Notes: generated by a model from the sequence alone, not told the origin. Shown: positions 10,714 to 21,280, counted from the stretch's first letter. The stretch is DNA of 64,000 nucleotides from Spirochaetaceae bacterium (GCA_051531975.1 JAOPTT010000002.1:441968-505967), one strand, 5' to 3'. Program-made: numbers and translations.

Positions 10714-11850
10714 TTATTGTGCGAAAATAATTTCCTTTAAAACTTCTTTTGCTGGGGAATATTGTAAATTCAAGTCATTTGCCACAGGTTTACATGTTAC
10801 TTTACCTTTAAAAACATTTAATCCTTTTAATAAAGCTTCATTTTCAAGTAGTGCTTTTTGATATCCTTTATTTGCAATTTCAAGAGCATATCTAAGAGTC
10901 ACATTTGTTAATGCAAATGTAGATGTTCTTGATACTGCACCAGGCATATTTGCAACAGCATAATGTAGTACTCCGTGGGTTACATATACTGGAGCATCAT
11001 GTGTTGTAATTCTGTCGATAGTCTCTATTGATCCACCTTGATCAATTGCTACATCTACAATAACAGAACCTTTTGTCATTGTTTTAATCATATCTTCTGA
11101 AACTAACTGAGGAGCTTTAGCACCTGCTACTAAAACAGCACCGATAACAAGGTCAGCTTTTTTAACAGCCTTAGCTATATTAAACTCATTGGACATTAAA
11201 GTATTAATTCTTCCACCGTATATATCATCTAGATAAGCTAGTCGTCTTGGATTATTATCTAATATTGTAACCTGAGCACCTAATCCCATTGCCATTTTTG
11301 CAGCATTAGTTCCAACAACTCCACCACCAATAATTACAACTTCTCCAGCTTCAACTCCCGGAACTCCACCTAAAAGTATACCTTTTCCACCTTCGTGTCT
11401 TTCAAGGAATTGTGCTCCAATCTGTGTAGCCATTCTTCCTGCTACTTCACTCATTGGAACTAGTAGAGGTAATGAACCATCGGCTAATGCTATTGTTTCG
11501 TATGCAATACCAATAACTTTTTTATCTAGAAGGGCTTTAGTTAGTTCTGGTGCTGGTGCTAAATGCAGATAAGTAAAAAGAATCTGACCTTCTTTAAAAA
11601 GATCGTATTCTGCTGGTAGAGGCTCTTTAACTTTCATGATCATATCAGAGATGTCAAATACTTCTTTTGCAGTTTCTTTTATTGAAGCTCCGGCTTTTAT
11701 ATACTCTAAATCCAAAAAACCACTTCCGATTCCAGCATCTTTTTCAATGTAAACCTGATGATTTGATTTAACTAATCCAGAAACACCTGCTGGTGTTATA
11801 GCCACTCTATTTTCGTTGTTTTTGATCTCTTTTGGTACACCAATAATCAT
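10714..11850 (-). CDS. ald: alanine dehydrogenase
   Basis: [46 protein letters not shown]. Confidence 0.97.
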   Translation of the reverse strand: MIIGVPKEIKNNENRVAITPAGVSGLVKSNHQVYIEKDAGIGSGFLDLEYIKAGASIKETAKEVFDISDMIMKVKEPLPAEYDLFKEGQILFTYLHLAPAPELTKALLDKKVIGIAYETIALADGSLPLLVPMSEVAGRMATQIGAQFLERHEGGKGILLGGVPGVEAGEVVIIGGGVVGTNAAKMAMGLGAQVTILDNNPRRLAYLDDIYGGRINTLMSNEFNIAKAVKKADLVIGAVLVAGAKAPQLVSEDMIKTMTKGSVIVDVAIDQGGSIETIDRITTHDAPVYVTHGVLHYAVANMPGAVSRTSTFALTNVTLRYALEIANKGYQKALLENEALLKGLNVFKGKVTCKPVANDLNLQYSPAKEVLKEIIFAQ

Positions 11851-11875
11851 TGTAATTCTCCTTAGGTTCTTCTCT

Positions 11876-12319
11876 TTATATTAAATATGTTTGATTGTCT
11901 TTTTCCGAGTTAAGTATCACCATGGTATTTGTTTTATCTACACCATCAACACTCTTAATTCTATTTAATACTTTTGTTAGGGTATCTGTGTTTTTTGTAA
12001 TTATTTTAATCATGTAATCAAATTCACCAGAGATATAAGAACATGATAAAACATCATCTTCATCATCGATGAAATCTAGAAATGTATGACTTGTCTGAGG
12101 ATTTTTTAAACTTATTAACATAAATGCTGATAACTCTTTTTCTAATTTTACAGGGTCTAATATAGCAGTATATTTTTGTATTACTTTAGAGGTTTCTAAT
12201 TTACGTAACCTTTCTGATACTGCCGAAACCGATAGGTTAACCTCTTTTGCAATATCAGAAGCGGAGATCCTAGCATTAGATTGTAGTAGTCTTAATATGT
12301 TTTTATCAACTTTATCCAT
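11876..12319 (-). CDS. Lrp/AsnC-family regulator (probable ald regulator)
   Basis: [19 protein letters not shown]...ERLRKLE HTH and SGEFDY; start taken at ATG 12319 rather than the longer track start 12355. Confidence 0.9.
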   Translation of the reverse strand: MDKVDKNILRLLQSNARISASDIAKEVNLSVSAVSERLRKLETSKVIQKYTAILDPVKLEKELSAFMLISLKNPQTSHTFLDFIDDEDDVLSCSYISGEFDYMIKIITKNTDTLTKVLNRIKSVDGVDKTNTMVILNSEKDNQTYLI

Positions 12320-12531
12320 AACTAAATTATGCAGCATAAAGCGTGAAGTACGCAACTAATTTAGGCCAAAATAGAGTATTATCCTGTTTATTAAGGCATG
12401 ATAGTAATTTGACAAGAAAAATTACTGTTCAGAACTAAAAAGTATGATGAAACAGAAATTATTAGCTTTTATTTAGCTTAATTCCACTTAAAAGTTAGAC
12501 ATTTTCCCATACTTTTTAGTGGTTATTTCAA

Positions 12532-13002
12532 TTAGTGCTTACCACCAGCAATCATAGAGACAGCATGGGGAAGAATATCTAATAATATATTAGTGCATAA
12601 TGTTACAGCTTTAACTGAGCCGGGGAAATTAATAACCAAAGTACTACCTTTTATTCCTGCATAACCCCGGGATAAAATAGCATTCTTAGTCTCTTTTATA
12701 GATTCTGTTCTAATATACTCAGAGATTCCTGGAGCCTCTTTATCCGCCCAACTTTGACAAACATCCGGGGTAAAATCCCTAGGTCCTAATCCTGTTCCAC
12801 CGGTGGTTAATATTATATCGTAACCGTTGCCATGGTTTAAACTATCCATTAACAAAATTTTACTATCCGGTATTAGTTTTCTAGTAATTTTAACATCTTC
12901 TTTATAGTGTTTTTGTAGTATATTTTCAATTTTTGGCCCTGAAAGGTCTTCATATTCACCTTTAGAGGCCCTATCCGATAGTGTTATTATCAATATATTC
13001 AT
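12532..13002 (-). CDS. mogA: molybdopterin adenylyltransferase, MogA/MoaB family
   Basis: TLSDRAS...DLSGP, TTGGTGLGPRDFTP, LSRG, NFPGS. Confidence 0.88.
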   Translation of the reverse strand: MNILIITLSDRASKGEYEDLSGPKIENILQKHYKEDVKITRKLIPDSKILLMDSLNHGNGYDIILTTGGTGLGPRDFTPDVCQSWADKEAPGISEYIRTESIKETKNAILSRGYAGIKGSTLVINFPGSVKAVTLCTNILLDILPHAVSMIAGGKH

Positions 13003-13043
13003 TATAAATCCTTTCTAAATTAAAAATGTACTAATAGTGTGAT

Positions 13044-13697
13044 TTATACAGTTAGTGCATTTTGTATAAATTTCATAATCTCTTTTATCTGATCATGATA
13101 GTCTTCTGCGAATGTGGAACCTAGGAAGATTTGCATTCTGCCCTTATAATATTCTGATGTAAATGAGAATTGATAGACAACAATTAAGTTATCTAGTAAA
13201 AAACTTAATATTCTGTCATCAATATCTAGATTTATTTGTCCACTATCTCGAGCATTTTTAATAACTTCAAGATACAAATCTCTAGTGACTGTTTCTAAAG
13301 TTCCTGATATTTTTTTAGATATATTTGTTAAACTCTGAGTAGACATATCTAGATATATTTGGTTCAACAGTGGGTATTTTGTAGCATAGTCATGGGCACT
13401 ATAAAACATCTGCTCTACTATACTAAAAAAATCTTTAGAAGTATCTATAGTATCTAAAATAGAGCTTAAAGCGTTAAACATTTTTTCTACTATAGTTAAA
13501 AACAGGTCATCTTTTGAGTCGAAATAACTATATAGAGCACCTATACTTATATTTGCATGTTTTGCAACTTTATTAATACTTGTACCATTAAATCCATTTT
13601 TAGCAAATTCTTCTACTGCGGCAGTTAAAATACCCTCCTGCTTTTCAAGAGGAATATTCTTAAATCTATCTTTATAAAACTTCTGTTCTGTGTCCAT
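13044..13697 (-). CDS. TetR/AcrR-family regulator
   Basis: AAVEEFAKNGFNGTSINKVAKHANISIGALYSYFDSKDDL. Confidence 0.93.
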   Translation of the reverse strand: MDTEQKFYKDRFKNIPLEKQEGILTAAVEEFAKNGFNGTSINKVAKHANISIGALYSYFDSKDDLFLTIVEKMFNALSSILDTIDTSKDFFSIVEQMFYSAHDYATKYPLLNQIYLDMSTQSLTNISKKISGTLETVTRDLYLEVIKNARDSGQINLDIDDRILSFLLDNLIVVYQFSFTSEYYKGRMQIFLGSTFAEDYHDQIKEIMKFIQNALTV

Positions 13698-13706
13698 ACG
13701 TCCTAC

Positions 13707-15959
13707 TTAAATTGTATTTCCAAGAGCATAACCAGCTTTAACAGCCTCTAAAACTCTACCTGGTGTAAATGAATCACCAATGTTAAAAATTTCTTTAGAT
13801 ATTCTCTCTTTTGTTAGCTTATAATATAGATCATCATTAGGTTTTGCTCCAGTAGCTAATATAATTAGATCAGATTTTAATTCTTGGTCGGAATAGTTCT
13901 GTTTTACCTTTTTTGCAAATGGATTTATAATATTTTCAGGAATTAAAGGAGTCCAAGTATTAATAGGACTTGGTACTGTTTTAGACATATTACGACTAAC
14001 AATAATAGACCCATCTTTTACCTCTTTTAAAGTTGTACAATTAAAGAGATTTACACCTTTTTTATTAAGGTAATATATTAAACTATGCCTATTAGAAGTA
14101 CAGGTTTTTGGCATTAAATGATCACCCATTTCTACAATAGTTACTTTTTTACCATACTCATAACTTAACATATGGGCAACTTCACATCCTACATCTGCTC
14201 CACCAATAACTGTGTAATTATTAAACTTTGAATATTTATCTGGGTTATTAAGATATTCCATTGCTGGAATAACATTTTTATTATTAATTCCTTTAACAGG
14301 AGGAACTAGCGCTGTGGTCCCGGAACATGTAACAAGAACATCAGGTTTTAGTTCTTTTAACATATTTGAATCTGCAATGGTATTAAACATAGTTTTAATA
14401 TTATTTACCTTTATCTCGTTATTTAAGTAGGTTACATAGTTTTTTATCTCGTATTTTATTTTAGGTACACTACCACCTAGGAGGCTTCCACCGGCGATAT
14501 CATTTGAGTCTATAATTGTAACATCATGTCCCCGTTTATCCAGTGTTAGGGCTAAAATAACTCCAGCAGGACCAGCTCCAACTACTACTATTTTCTTTCT
14601 GTTTTCTGTTAGTTTTAAGTCGTTTTGATATACATCTTCAAAGGCAGTTCGTGGGTTTACTGCACAATGTGGGTGCCCACCTGAATCTAACTGGCCTAAA
14701 CAACCCTCGTGGTCTCCAATACATGGAATAATTCTATCAACTTCACCTTTATAAACTTTATTTGGCCAAAATGGGTCTGCTAATAGAGGTCTAGCTAACA
14801 TTACTAAATCGCATTTATTTTTCCGTAGTGCATCTTCTGCAACATCTGGAAATCCTAGTTTCCCCACACCAACTATTGGTACATTTTGTCCTTTATTTGT
14901 TGTAATACCTTCATCTGCAAAATGTTTTTTTACTAAATTTGCAACTTCTAGATAGAGACCTGGAGGCATTGTATTTGGTGGATGTGGGAACCACCAGTTA
15001 TCGTATCCACCTAAGTCTACATCAAACATATCAACACCAGCTTTTACTAGGTTTTTCATGTAGTCTAGGGTCATTTCAACAGTTCTCTCTTTTGCAAACT
15101 TTTTAAGAACTGGCTCTGTTTTCATTAATTCGCCATAGGTCGCTTGTAGAATTAAAGAGAGGTCGATTCTATAATAGATAGGAAAGTGAACTCCTACTCT
15201 TTTTCTGATCTCTTTTATCATATCAATACCGAAGTTCTGATAATAACTGTAACGGCCTAATTTACGTCTATTGTAAGCAGGGTCTGTCATCTGTTCAATT
15301 AGATATCCAGAGTGACCATGAAGATAGACTCCATCAATTTGTAACTCTTTAGCATCTATAGCAGCCTGCCCTGTTTTTTTAATAATTTTTTTGCACTCAA
15401 AGTCTGTTATTGGTCTACAAGGAATTTGAGGTATGTAAAAGTTAGGATTCCAGGATGATGATATAGGCATCTTAAATTTCTTAGTTAGACACTCTGGGTT
15501 TCCAACTCTCCCCATTCCTGGGGCTAACTGGATGAAAAACTTAGCTCCATGGGCATGACAGCCCTCTGCTATAGTTCTCCAACCAGAATATGTTGATCTA
15601 TGGGTATCAATTCTAGGAAAGATTCCTGTGGCATCAACATCCCCGTAGGATGGGTCGTCGTTTACACTAACAGGGATCATACCTGTAGTAATTAGACCTG
15701 CACCACCCTTTGCCCGTTCAACAAAATAAGAGATAAGTTTATTACCTGGTTTACCCATTTCGTCAGCCATATTAACATTACCCATAGGCCCCATAACTAT
15801 TCTATTTTTTAACTTAACACTATTTATTGTGATAGGTTCAAACATAGAGGTATATGGTTTAAGGTTATCTGACATTAATCCCTGTTTCATTTTAGAATCG
15901 TCATCAAACCATGTGTTATAACTATCTACTAACGTGCTTATCTCTTTTGCAAAACTCAT
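13707..15959 (-). CDS. Fe-S flavoenzyme, NADH:flavin oxidoreductase (Old Yellow Enzyme barrel + Fe-S + FAD domain; enoate reductase/BaiCD-like family)
   Basis: LKNRIVMGPM, ERAKGGAGLI, HGHSGYL, LARPLLADP, CIGDHEGC...CAVNP, VVGAGPAG. Confidence 0.9.
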   Translation of the reverse strand: MSFAKEISTLVDSYNTWFDDDSKMKQGLMSDNLKPYTSMFEPITINSVKLKNRIVMGPMGNVNMADEMGKPGNKLISYFVERAKGGAGLITTGMIPVSVNDDPSYGDVDATGIFPRIDTHRSTYSGWRTIAEGCHAHGAKFFIQLAPGMGRVGNPECLTKKFKMPISSSWNPNFYIPQIPCRPITDFECKKIIKKTGQAAIDAKELQIDGVYLHGHSGYLIEQMTDPAYNRRKLGRYSYYQNFGIDMIKEIRKRVGVHFPIYYRIDLSLILQATYGELMKTEPVLKKFAKERTVEMTLDYMKNLVKAGVDMFDVDLGGYDNWWFPHPPNTMPPGLYLEVANLVKKHFADEGITTNKGQNVPIVGVGKLGFPDVAEDALRKNKCDLVMLARPLLADPFWPNKVYKGEVDRIIPCIGDHEGCLGQLDSGGHPHCAVNPRTAFEDVYQNDLKLTENRKKIVVVGAGPAGVILALTLDKRGHDVTIIDSNDIAGGSLLGGSVPKIKYEIKNYVTYLNNEIKVNNIKTMFNTIADSNMLKELKPDVLVTCSGTTALVPPVKGINNKNVIPAMEYLNNPDKYSKFNNYTVIGGADVGCEVAHMLSYEYGKKVTIVEMGDHLMPKTCTSNRHSLIYYLNKKGVNLFNCTTLKEVKDGSIIVSRNMSKTVPSPINTWTPLIPENIINPFAKKVKQNYSDQELKSDLIILATGAKPNDDLYYKLTKERISKEIFNIGDSFTPGRVLEAVKAGYALGNTI

Positions 15960-15960
15960 T

Positions 15961-16479
15961 CTATTTAATATCCTTGTAATATTCTTTAAACTTTGTGGCT
16001 TTCATAACTTTACCAGCTATTCCACCTAACCACATAATTATAAAGTAGTTTAATTTTAGATCCATTAATTCAACAAGATTACCATCAGGGTCTTTTAGAA
16101 AGATCCATTGGCTACCGGCAGTCTCCTGGGGTTCTATTAAGAAGTTTAACTCATCTTTATAAGTATTAAACCATTTTGGTACATTTCTAACATCTAATGT
16201 AAAATGGGTAGGTCCTGGTTTGTGCCAAAGTGGATGACTAGATTCTAATTGATTTTTAAACTCAAAGATCTCAATTACTTGACCTTTTGGAGCTCGCAAA
16301 AAACCTAATCTTACACTGTTATCTTCTAACTCATAGAGAGGAAACAGACTTTTTACAGTTTCTGAATCTAAAGTTTGCTCATCTATTAATAAAAAACCAA
16401 AATATTTATGATACCAGCTTACAGATTTTTCGAAATTTGAAACTGTTAAACCTATATGACTAACTGAACGTATTTTCAT
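15961..16479 (-). CDS. VOC/glyoxalase-family protein
   Basis: HIGLTVSN, IEIFE, HFTLDV, FLKDPDGNLVEL. Confidence 0.9.
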   Translation of the reverse strand: MKIRSVSHIGLTVSNFEKSVSWYHKYFGFLLIDEQTLDSETVKSLFPLYELEDNSVRLGFLRAPKGQVIEIFEFKNQLESSHPLWHKPGPTHFTLDVRNVPKWFNTYKDELNFLIEPQETAGSQWIFLKDPDGNLVELMDLKLNYFIIMWLGGIAGKVMKATKFKEYYKDIK

Positions 16480-16487
16480 GTTTCCTC

Positions 16488-17270
16488 CTATTTTGCTAAA
16501 CTTCCAACTAGAACCATATACTCACCTAGTTGTGCCCCGTATTCTGGAGCTCCTTCCATAACTAACTTCTGCTTAATTGTAGCTTCTATCATGTCATCGA
16601 TTTCCATTAAAATCCCTAAAGCACTATCTGTAGAGTCAAATCTCATAGTAAAAAATGGCTTAGATCGTTTGTATATTCCTCTAGAAGCTTTAGATTTTCC
16701 AGCTTTTAATCTAATAAATGCTGATAGATCTTCATCCCCTTCAACTCTCCAGGAATAAACTCTATCTGGACTCTTTTTTATCCAGTTAGAAATAGCAGGG
16801 TGTCCAGCTTTGTTAAGTGAACTAATACCAGAAGATAGAAGGTAGAACATTAACTTAACTAAAAGACGTTTTGTCTCTTCATCTTCTGGTGGTTTCTCCA
16901 TACCTAATAGCTTCGCCATCTTCATTAACGCGCCTAAAGATGATATTAATAACCCTACATTTTTAAGCCCTATAATCTTAGGTAGTTTACTACTAGTTCC
17001 TTTAAAAAAGCCGTTAAAAAGAGCAATTGTTTTAAACTCTAACTCTAATGTTGGCTCATCTATAACACCTTTTACAACAGTCCATTCCCCCTCTTCTATT
17101 ACAAAGTGGGTTCCATGTTTAATACCTTCATCTAGGGCACTAATCTGCACTGTAGCAGTAGTTTTTGCAAACTTTTTAGTTAGTTTTTCATCGTTATTTA
17201 CAACTACTTTAACTAAGGGAAGTACTGCATTTAAAAATATAGTATTGGCATATTTTTCCTGTTCAGTCAT
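16488..17270 (-). CDS. hypothetical protein, probable tandem SCP2 (sterol/lipid carrier)-like fold
   Basis: paralogous in layout to 20440..21192; THFVIEEGEWTVVKG...LELEF and FTMRF...DMIEATIKQKLVMEG resemble SCP2 repeats. Confidence 0.55.
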   Translation of the reverse strand: MTEQEKYANTIFLNAVLPLVKVVVNNDEKLTKKFAKTTATVQISALDEGIKHGTHFVIEEGEWTVVKGVIDEPTLELEFKTIALFNGFFKGTSSKLPKIIGLKNVGLLISSLGALMKMAKLLGMEKPPEDEETKRLLVKLMFYLLSSGISSLNKAGHPAISNWIKKSPDRVYSWRVEGDEDLSAFIRLKAGKSKASRGIYKRSKPFFTMRFDSTDSALGILMEIDDMIEATIKQKLVMEGAPEYGAQLGEYMVLVGSLAK

Positions 17271-17272
17271 TT

Positions 17273-18280
17273 TTATACCTCATCTTCCCAGTCGTCGTCC
17301 TCTTCAAAATCTTTACCCATTATCTCTCTAACAGAGTCAACAATTCCATTAGTATCATAACCGTAATGATTCATCAGATCCTCGTGTAGTCCAATAATTG
17401 AGAATGTATCTGGAACACCTAACCTCTTAAATCCACAAGCTTTACCACTCTCAGCTAGTACTTCTGCGACAGCACTACCTAAACCACCAATAACATTGTG
17501 GTCTTCTACTGTAATTATTCGTCTAGTCTCCTGAACTGCTTTTAAAATTGCATCTTTATCTATTGGTTTAATAGTATGCATATTAATTACTCTGATTTTA
17601 AGTCCATCTACACTGTCTAATATTTTAGCTGCTTCTGCTGCCTGATATACTCCAGAACCACAAGCTATTATAGTTAGATCGGTACCATCGTTAATTTCAA
17701 TTGCTTTACCAATTTCAAATTCGTAGTCACCATTGTCGTATAGCCTATTATCAAAACCTCTGTTAATTCTTAAATACATAGGGCCTTTTGTATGGTAAGC
17801 AGCATGTACAGCTTTAGCAGTTTCTGTTCCGTCTGCAGGAACTATAACAGTTAAGTTTGCCATAGTTCTCATAATACCAATATCCTCGGTACAGTGGTGG
17901 GTTGAACCAGCCTGGCCAAAAGAGAGACCAGCGTGGGTTGCGATCATTTTAACATTTAAATTTTGGTAACATATATCTGTATGAACCTGATCCAATGCTC
18001 TCATAGAGGTAAATACTGCAAAAGTAGATACAAATGGAACTAGACCTGCGCTGGCCATACCAGCTGCTACACCAAACATATTCTGTTCAGCTATTCCGAG
18101 ATTAAAAAATCGATCTGGGAATTTTTCACCTAAAACACCTATCTTAGTAGATTTACCTAAGTCAGCTGTTAAACCAACTAAATCGTCGTGGTCAGTTGCT
18201 AAGTCTACTAATGTTTTTCCATAAACTTCTGCTGTTGATAAGTCTTTTGTATCAAAGACTGTATAAGTTAATCCTGCCAT
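17273..18280 (-). CDS. split transketolase, C-terminal (pyrimidine-binding + C-terminal) subunit
   Basis: GIAEQNM, RALDQV, GSTHHCTED, TIKPID, EDHNVIGGLGSAV. Confidence 0.95.
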   Translation of the reverse strand: MAGLTYTVFDTKDLSTAEVYGKTLVDLATDHDDLVGLTADLGKSTKIGVLGEKFPDRFFNLGIAEQNMFGVAAGMASAGLVPFVSTFAVFTSMRALDQVHTDICYQNLNVKMIATHAGLSFGQAGSTHHCTEDIGIMRTMANLTVIVPADGTETAKAVHAAYHTKGPMYLRINRGFDNRLYDNGDYEFEIGKAIEINDGTDLTIIACGSGVYQAAEAAKILDSVDGLKIRVINMHTIKPIDKDAILKAVQETRRIITVEDHNVIGGLGSAVAEVLAESGKACGFKRLGVPDTFSIIGLHEDLMNHYGYDTNGIVDSVREIMGKDFEEDDDWEDEV

Positions 18281-19167
18281 TATTTTACACCCTCCATTCT
18301 TTTAGCGTGGAAAGTATCTAAACTGTCCTGAGCTTCTTTTAATTTATCTGAATCAAGGCCACCATAATGCCATAAATAACTATCTTCCATAAAATTAACA
18401 CCACAACCTTTAATAGTATGTGCAATAATTACAACAGGTTTTTCAGTTGCAACTTTTGCATACTCTATCGCTTCGTTAATCTCTTCTATATTGTTTCCAT
18501 TTATCTCTTTAACATCGAATCCAAAGGCTGCCCATTTATCTGCAAACGGTTCAAGTTTCATAATATCCTCTGTTTTACCGTCCATCATGCATTTGTTTCT
18601 ATCAACAATAGTAATAACATTGGTGGTATTAAAGTTAGAAATTGCCATTGCAGCTTCCCAAATAACACCTTCGTCACACTCTCCGTCCCCTACTAAACAG
18701 TATGTTTTATAATCTTTTTTTAAGTTTCTAGCTGCTAAACCAAGGCCTAAGGATATTGGAAGCCCATGACCTAAAGACCCAGTTGATGCGTCTACTCCAG
18801 GTACTTTCGTAGAGTCTAAATGCATACCTAATTTTGAACCTGTGTGGTTATACTCTTTTAATAGTTCTTTATCAAAATATCCTTTATCTGCTAAAACTGG
18901 TGCATAACCTACACCACAATGTCCTTTACTTAATATAAACCGATCCCGGTCTTCCCATTTAGGATTATTAGGATCAATATTCATATGTTTATGATAAAGT
19001 ACTGTCATAATATCCATTGCACTTAATGAACCACCTACATGACCACTTCCGGCCCATACAATTGTTTTTAAACAGAGGTGTCGTAGTTCGTGTGCTTTCT
19101 CATTAAGTCGTATTAATTCCTGCGCTTTTTCTGTAATTTTAATTTCTTCCTGTTTTTCTAATACCAT
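18280..19167 (-). CDS. split transketolase, N-terminal (TPP-binding) subunit
   Basis: GHVGGSLS, DRFILSKGH, STGSLGHG, GDGECDEG...N. Confidence 0.95.
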   Translation of the reverse strand: MVLEKQEEIKITEKAQELIRLNEKAHELRHLCLKTIVWAGSGHVGGSLSAMDIMTVLYHKHMNIDPNNPKWEDRDRFILSKGHCGVGYAPVLADKGYFDKELLKEYNHTGSKLGMHLDSTKVPGVDASTGSLGHGLPISLGLGLAARNLKKDYKTYCLVGDGECDEGVIWEAAMAISNFNTTNVITIVDRNKCMMDGKTEDIMKLEPFADKWAAFGFDVKEINGNNIEEINEAIEYAKVATEKPVVIIAHTIKGCGVNFMEDSYLWHYGGLDSDKLKEAQDSLDTFHAKRMEGVK

Positions 19168-19182
19168 TATTTCCTCCTAAAA

Positions 19183-20430
19183 CTATGAATGTCTGGCTTT
19201 TACTACTTTAAATGCCTCGTCGGCTACTTCTATAGTGAATTTAACATCTTCATCTGAAATTGCAGTGTTCATAAATTGGTTATGGTGATTTGTAAAATAA
19301 ACCCCACGTTTAACACACTCTGCTACCCACTCCTGGTGTAACATCAGAGAGTCGTCGTTTGTAATTCTCATGAACCACATTGATGGATGTCCAGATATTT
19401 TTAAGTCGAAGCCGTACTTTTTACCAGCTGCAACCAATCCATCAGTAATTTTTGTACCTGTTTTATACATTAAAGCTGGTGCATCTAGATCCTTTAGTTT
19501 TTTCATAGTTGCAAGACCAGCAGCAAAAGGTACAGCTGACATCCAGTAACTACCTGTGTACATAATTCCAGCAGCAGTATCTTTTAACTCGTCTGTTCCA
19601 CAAAGGGCACTAAAGTTCCACCCGTTACCAAGTGCTTTACAAAAACACATTAAGTCCGCTTTAAAACCAAAGTAGTGGTCAGAACCTTTAAGATCCAGTC
19701 TAAATCCACACCGTACATCATCAATTGCTAATACTATTCCATTATCTGTGCAAAGTTTTCTTACCTGATTCCAGAAGTCCTCTGCTGGCATTTGGTTATC
19801 GTCAAATATTGGGTGGTAATAGGGAGTAGACATTAAACAAGCAATTTCACCTTTGTTATCTTTTATTACTTGTTTTAATTGTTCGATATTATTCCACTCA
19901 ACCATTATATTATTAGTAATATCCTCTTCTATAATCCCTGGGTGTCCTAGTTTTTGTGTCCAAGGTGCAACTCCGTGGTATCCACCTTTAAATAAAATTG
20001 TTTTTTTCCGACCTGTATGAGCCTTAGCTATCATTACTGCAAAACTTGTTACGTCTCCACCGTTTTTAGCAAAAAATGCCCAGTCCGCCATAGCAACTGT
20101 ATCTACTAAAGTTTCAGCCATTTCAACTAATTTAAAAGATGGGGAAGTTGTACAGTTACCTATATCCATCTGAACCTTTACAGCATTGTCTACATCTGGG
20201 TCGTTATACCCTAGAACGTTTGGCCCATAGGCACACATGTAGTCTAAAAATTTATTTCCATCAACATCCCAAAAGTATGCACCCTCTGCACGGCTTGAGA
20301 AAAATGGAAATGCATCTACTGGGATAAAACAACTCTCAGCAGGTCCTAAGTGACCATAAACCCCTGTAGGGATTACCTTTAAAGCTCTATTAAATAGCTC
20401 GCTACTTTTATTATATTTATATGTCTGCAT
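19183..20430 (-). CDS. class III PLP aminotransferase (GSA-aminomutase-like family)
   Basis: WDVDGNKFLDY, YHG, IDDVRCGFR, FCKALGNG (PLP lysine); context is not haem biosynthesis. Confidence 0.9.
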   Translation of the reverse strand: MQTYKYNKSSELFNRALKVIPTGVYGHLGPAESCFIPVDAFPFFSSRAEGAYFWDVDGNKFLDYMCAYGPNVLGYNDPDVDNAVKVQMDIGNCTTSPSFKLVEMAETLVDTVAMADWAFFAKNGGDVTSFAVMIAKAHTGRKKTILFKGGYHGVAPWTQKLGHPGIIEEDITNNIMVEWNNIEQLKQVIKDNKGEIACLMSTPYYHPIFDDNQMPAEDFWNQVRKLCTDNGIVLAIDDVRCGFRLDLKGSDHYFGFKADLMCFCKALGNGWNFSALCGTDELKDTAAGIMYTGSYWMSAVPFAAGLATMKKLKDLDAPALMYKTGTKITDGLVAAGKKYGFDLKISGHPSMWFMRITNDDSLMLHQEWVAECVKRGVYFTNHHNQFMNTAISDEDVKFTIEVADEAFKVVKARHS

Positions 20431-20439
20431 TAGTTCCTC

Positions 20440-21192
20440 CTATAGGTATGCTGGCACTTGGCCCAGTATTTTATTCATATTGTCTAACATTGGGAGAAAC
20501 CCCTTAAGTTTTAATGTTTTAGTAGCTACACAGGTATAAGAATCAATATTCCCATTTAACAGGTCACCTGCTGTTTTCATGTCTTCGAAAGTCATAGCTG
20601 CTCTTACATTCTGTGGAATACCTTTTGTTGCTGTTAAAAAACCAGCTTTGGCATTTAGACAGACTGCAGGCCCCTCTTTTATAGTTACCGATATGTTTCC
20701 ATCAGGTATTCGACCACCATTTAATTTACCCATAGGATCAGTATTACCAATTTCAGCTAAAGCAAAAAATGCTGTATAAGCTGTTAGTGTTGTATTTATT
20801 TTTGCATAGTGTTTGTCTTTTAAAAGTTCTGGAGTTGGTTTTAAATAATAACTAAGTTTATCAGTTAAAACTGTGAAGTCTTTTAACAAGAAGTTAAGTT
20901 TTGTAAAACCTTTAACTGGGATTGGATTTGCTTCCCCGTCTACCATCTTATTAAAGTGTTCAGGGGAAGTTAGAATTAACTTAACATTATTAGGATGTTT
21001 ACCTTTCTCAAATGTACATTTCCCATCTTTGAACCTTAAAATACCTTTTGGCCCATTTTTAACAGATATCTGCATTCTAATATTTTTATCTTTTATTAGA
21101 TCCTTCATCTCCAAATCCATTTCACACAAATCTTCAAGATTTCTAAGAACTGCATATAAATTAATATTAGCTAATGTTAATTTATCCTTCAC
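20440..21192 (-). CDS. hypothetical protein, probable tandem SCP2-like lipid-binding fold
   Basis: two internal repeats: ILRFKDGKCTFEKG...FNKMVDGEANP and AAMTF...LLNGNIDSYTCVATKTLKLKG; GTG start with GGAGG RBS. Confidence 0.6.
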   Translation of the reverse strand: MKDKLTLANINLYAVLRNLEDLCEMDLEMKDLIKDKNIRMQISVKNGPKGILRFKDGKCTFEKGKHPNNVKLILTSPEHFNKMVDGEANPIPVKGFTKLNFLLKDFTVLTDKLSYYLKPTPELLKDKHYAKINTTLTAYTAFFALAEIGNTDPMGKLNGGRIPDGNISVTIKEGPAVCLNAKAGFLTATKGIPQNVRAAMTFEDMKTAGDLLNGNIDSYTCVATKTLKLKGFLPMLDNMNKILGQVPAYL

Positions 21193-21224
21193 CTTTTTCC
21201 TCCATAATTTACTTTATACATGTA

Positions 21225-21280
21225 GCGAGCATTTGCTCACCTTCAGGAAATAGTTTAACACCTGTTTGCTTATTTGGCAA
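21225..21280 (-). promoter_or_regulatory. sigma70-type promoter plus candidate TetR operator for the 21192->13044 operon
   Basis: minus strand TTGCCA(21280-21275)-N17-TAAACT(21257-21252); dyad GAGCA-TT-TGCTC at 21227-21238 just downstream. Confidence 0.55.

Noticed and set aside
17273..19167. housekeeping tkt or dxs
   Set aside because: Split form embedded in a TetR-linked specialised operon; no gene symbol assigned
19183..20430. hemL (glutamate-1-semialdehyde aminomutase) assignment
   Set aside because: Same family, but it lacks the GGVNSPVR and SGTEA signatures and has no haem-pathway neighbours
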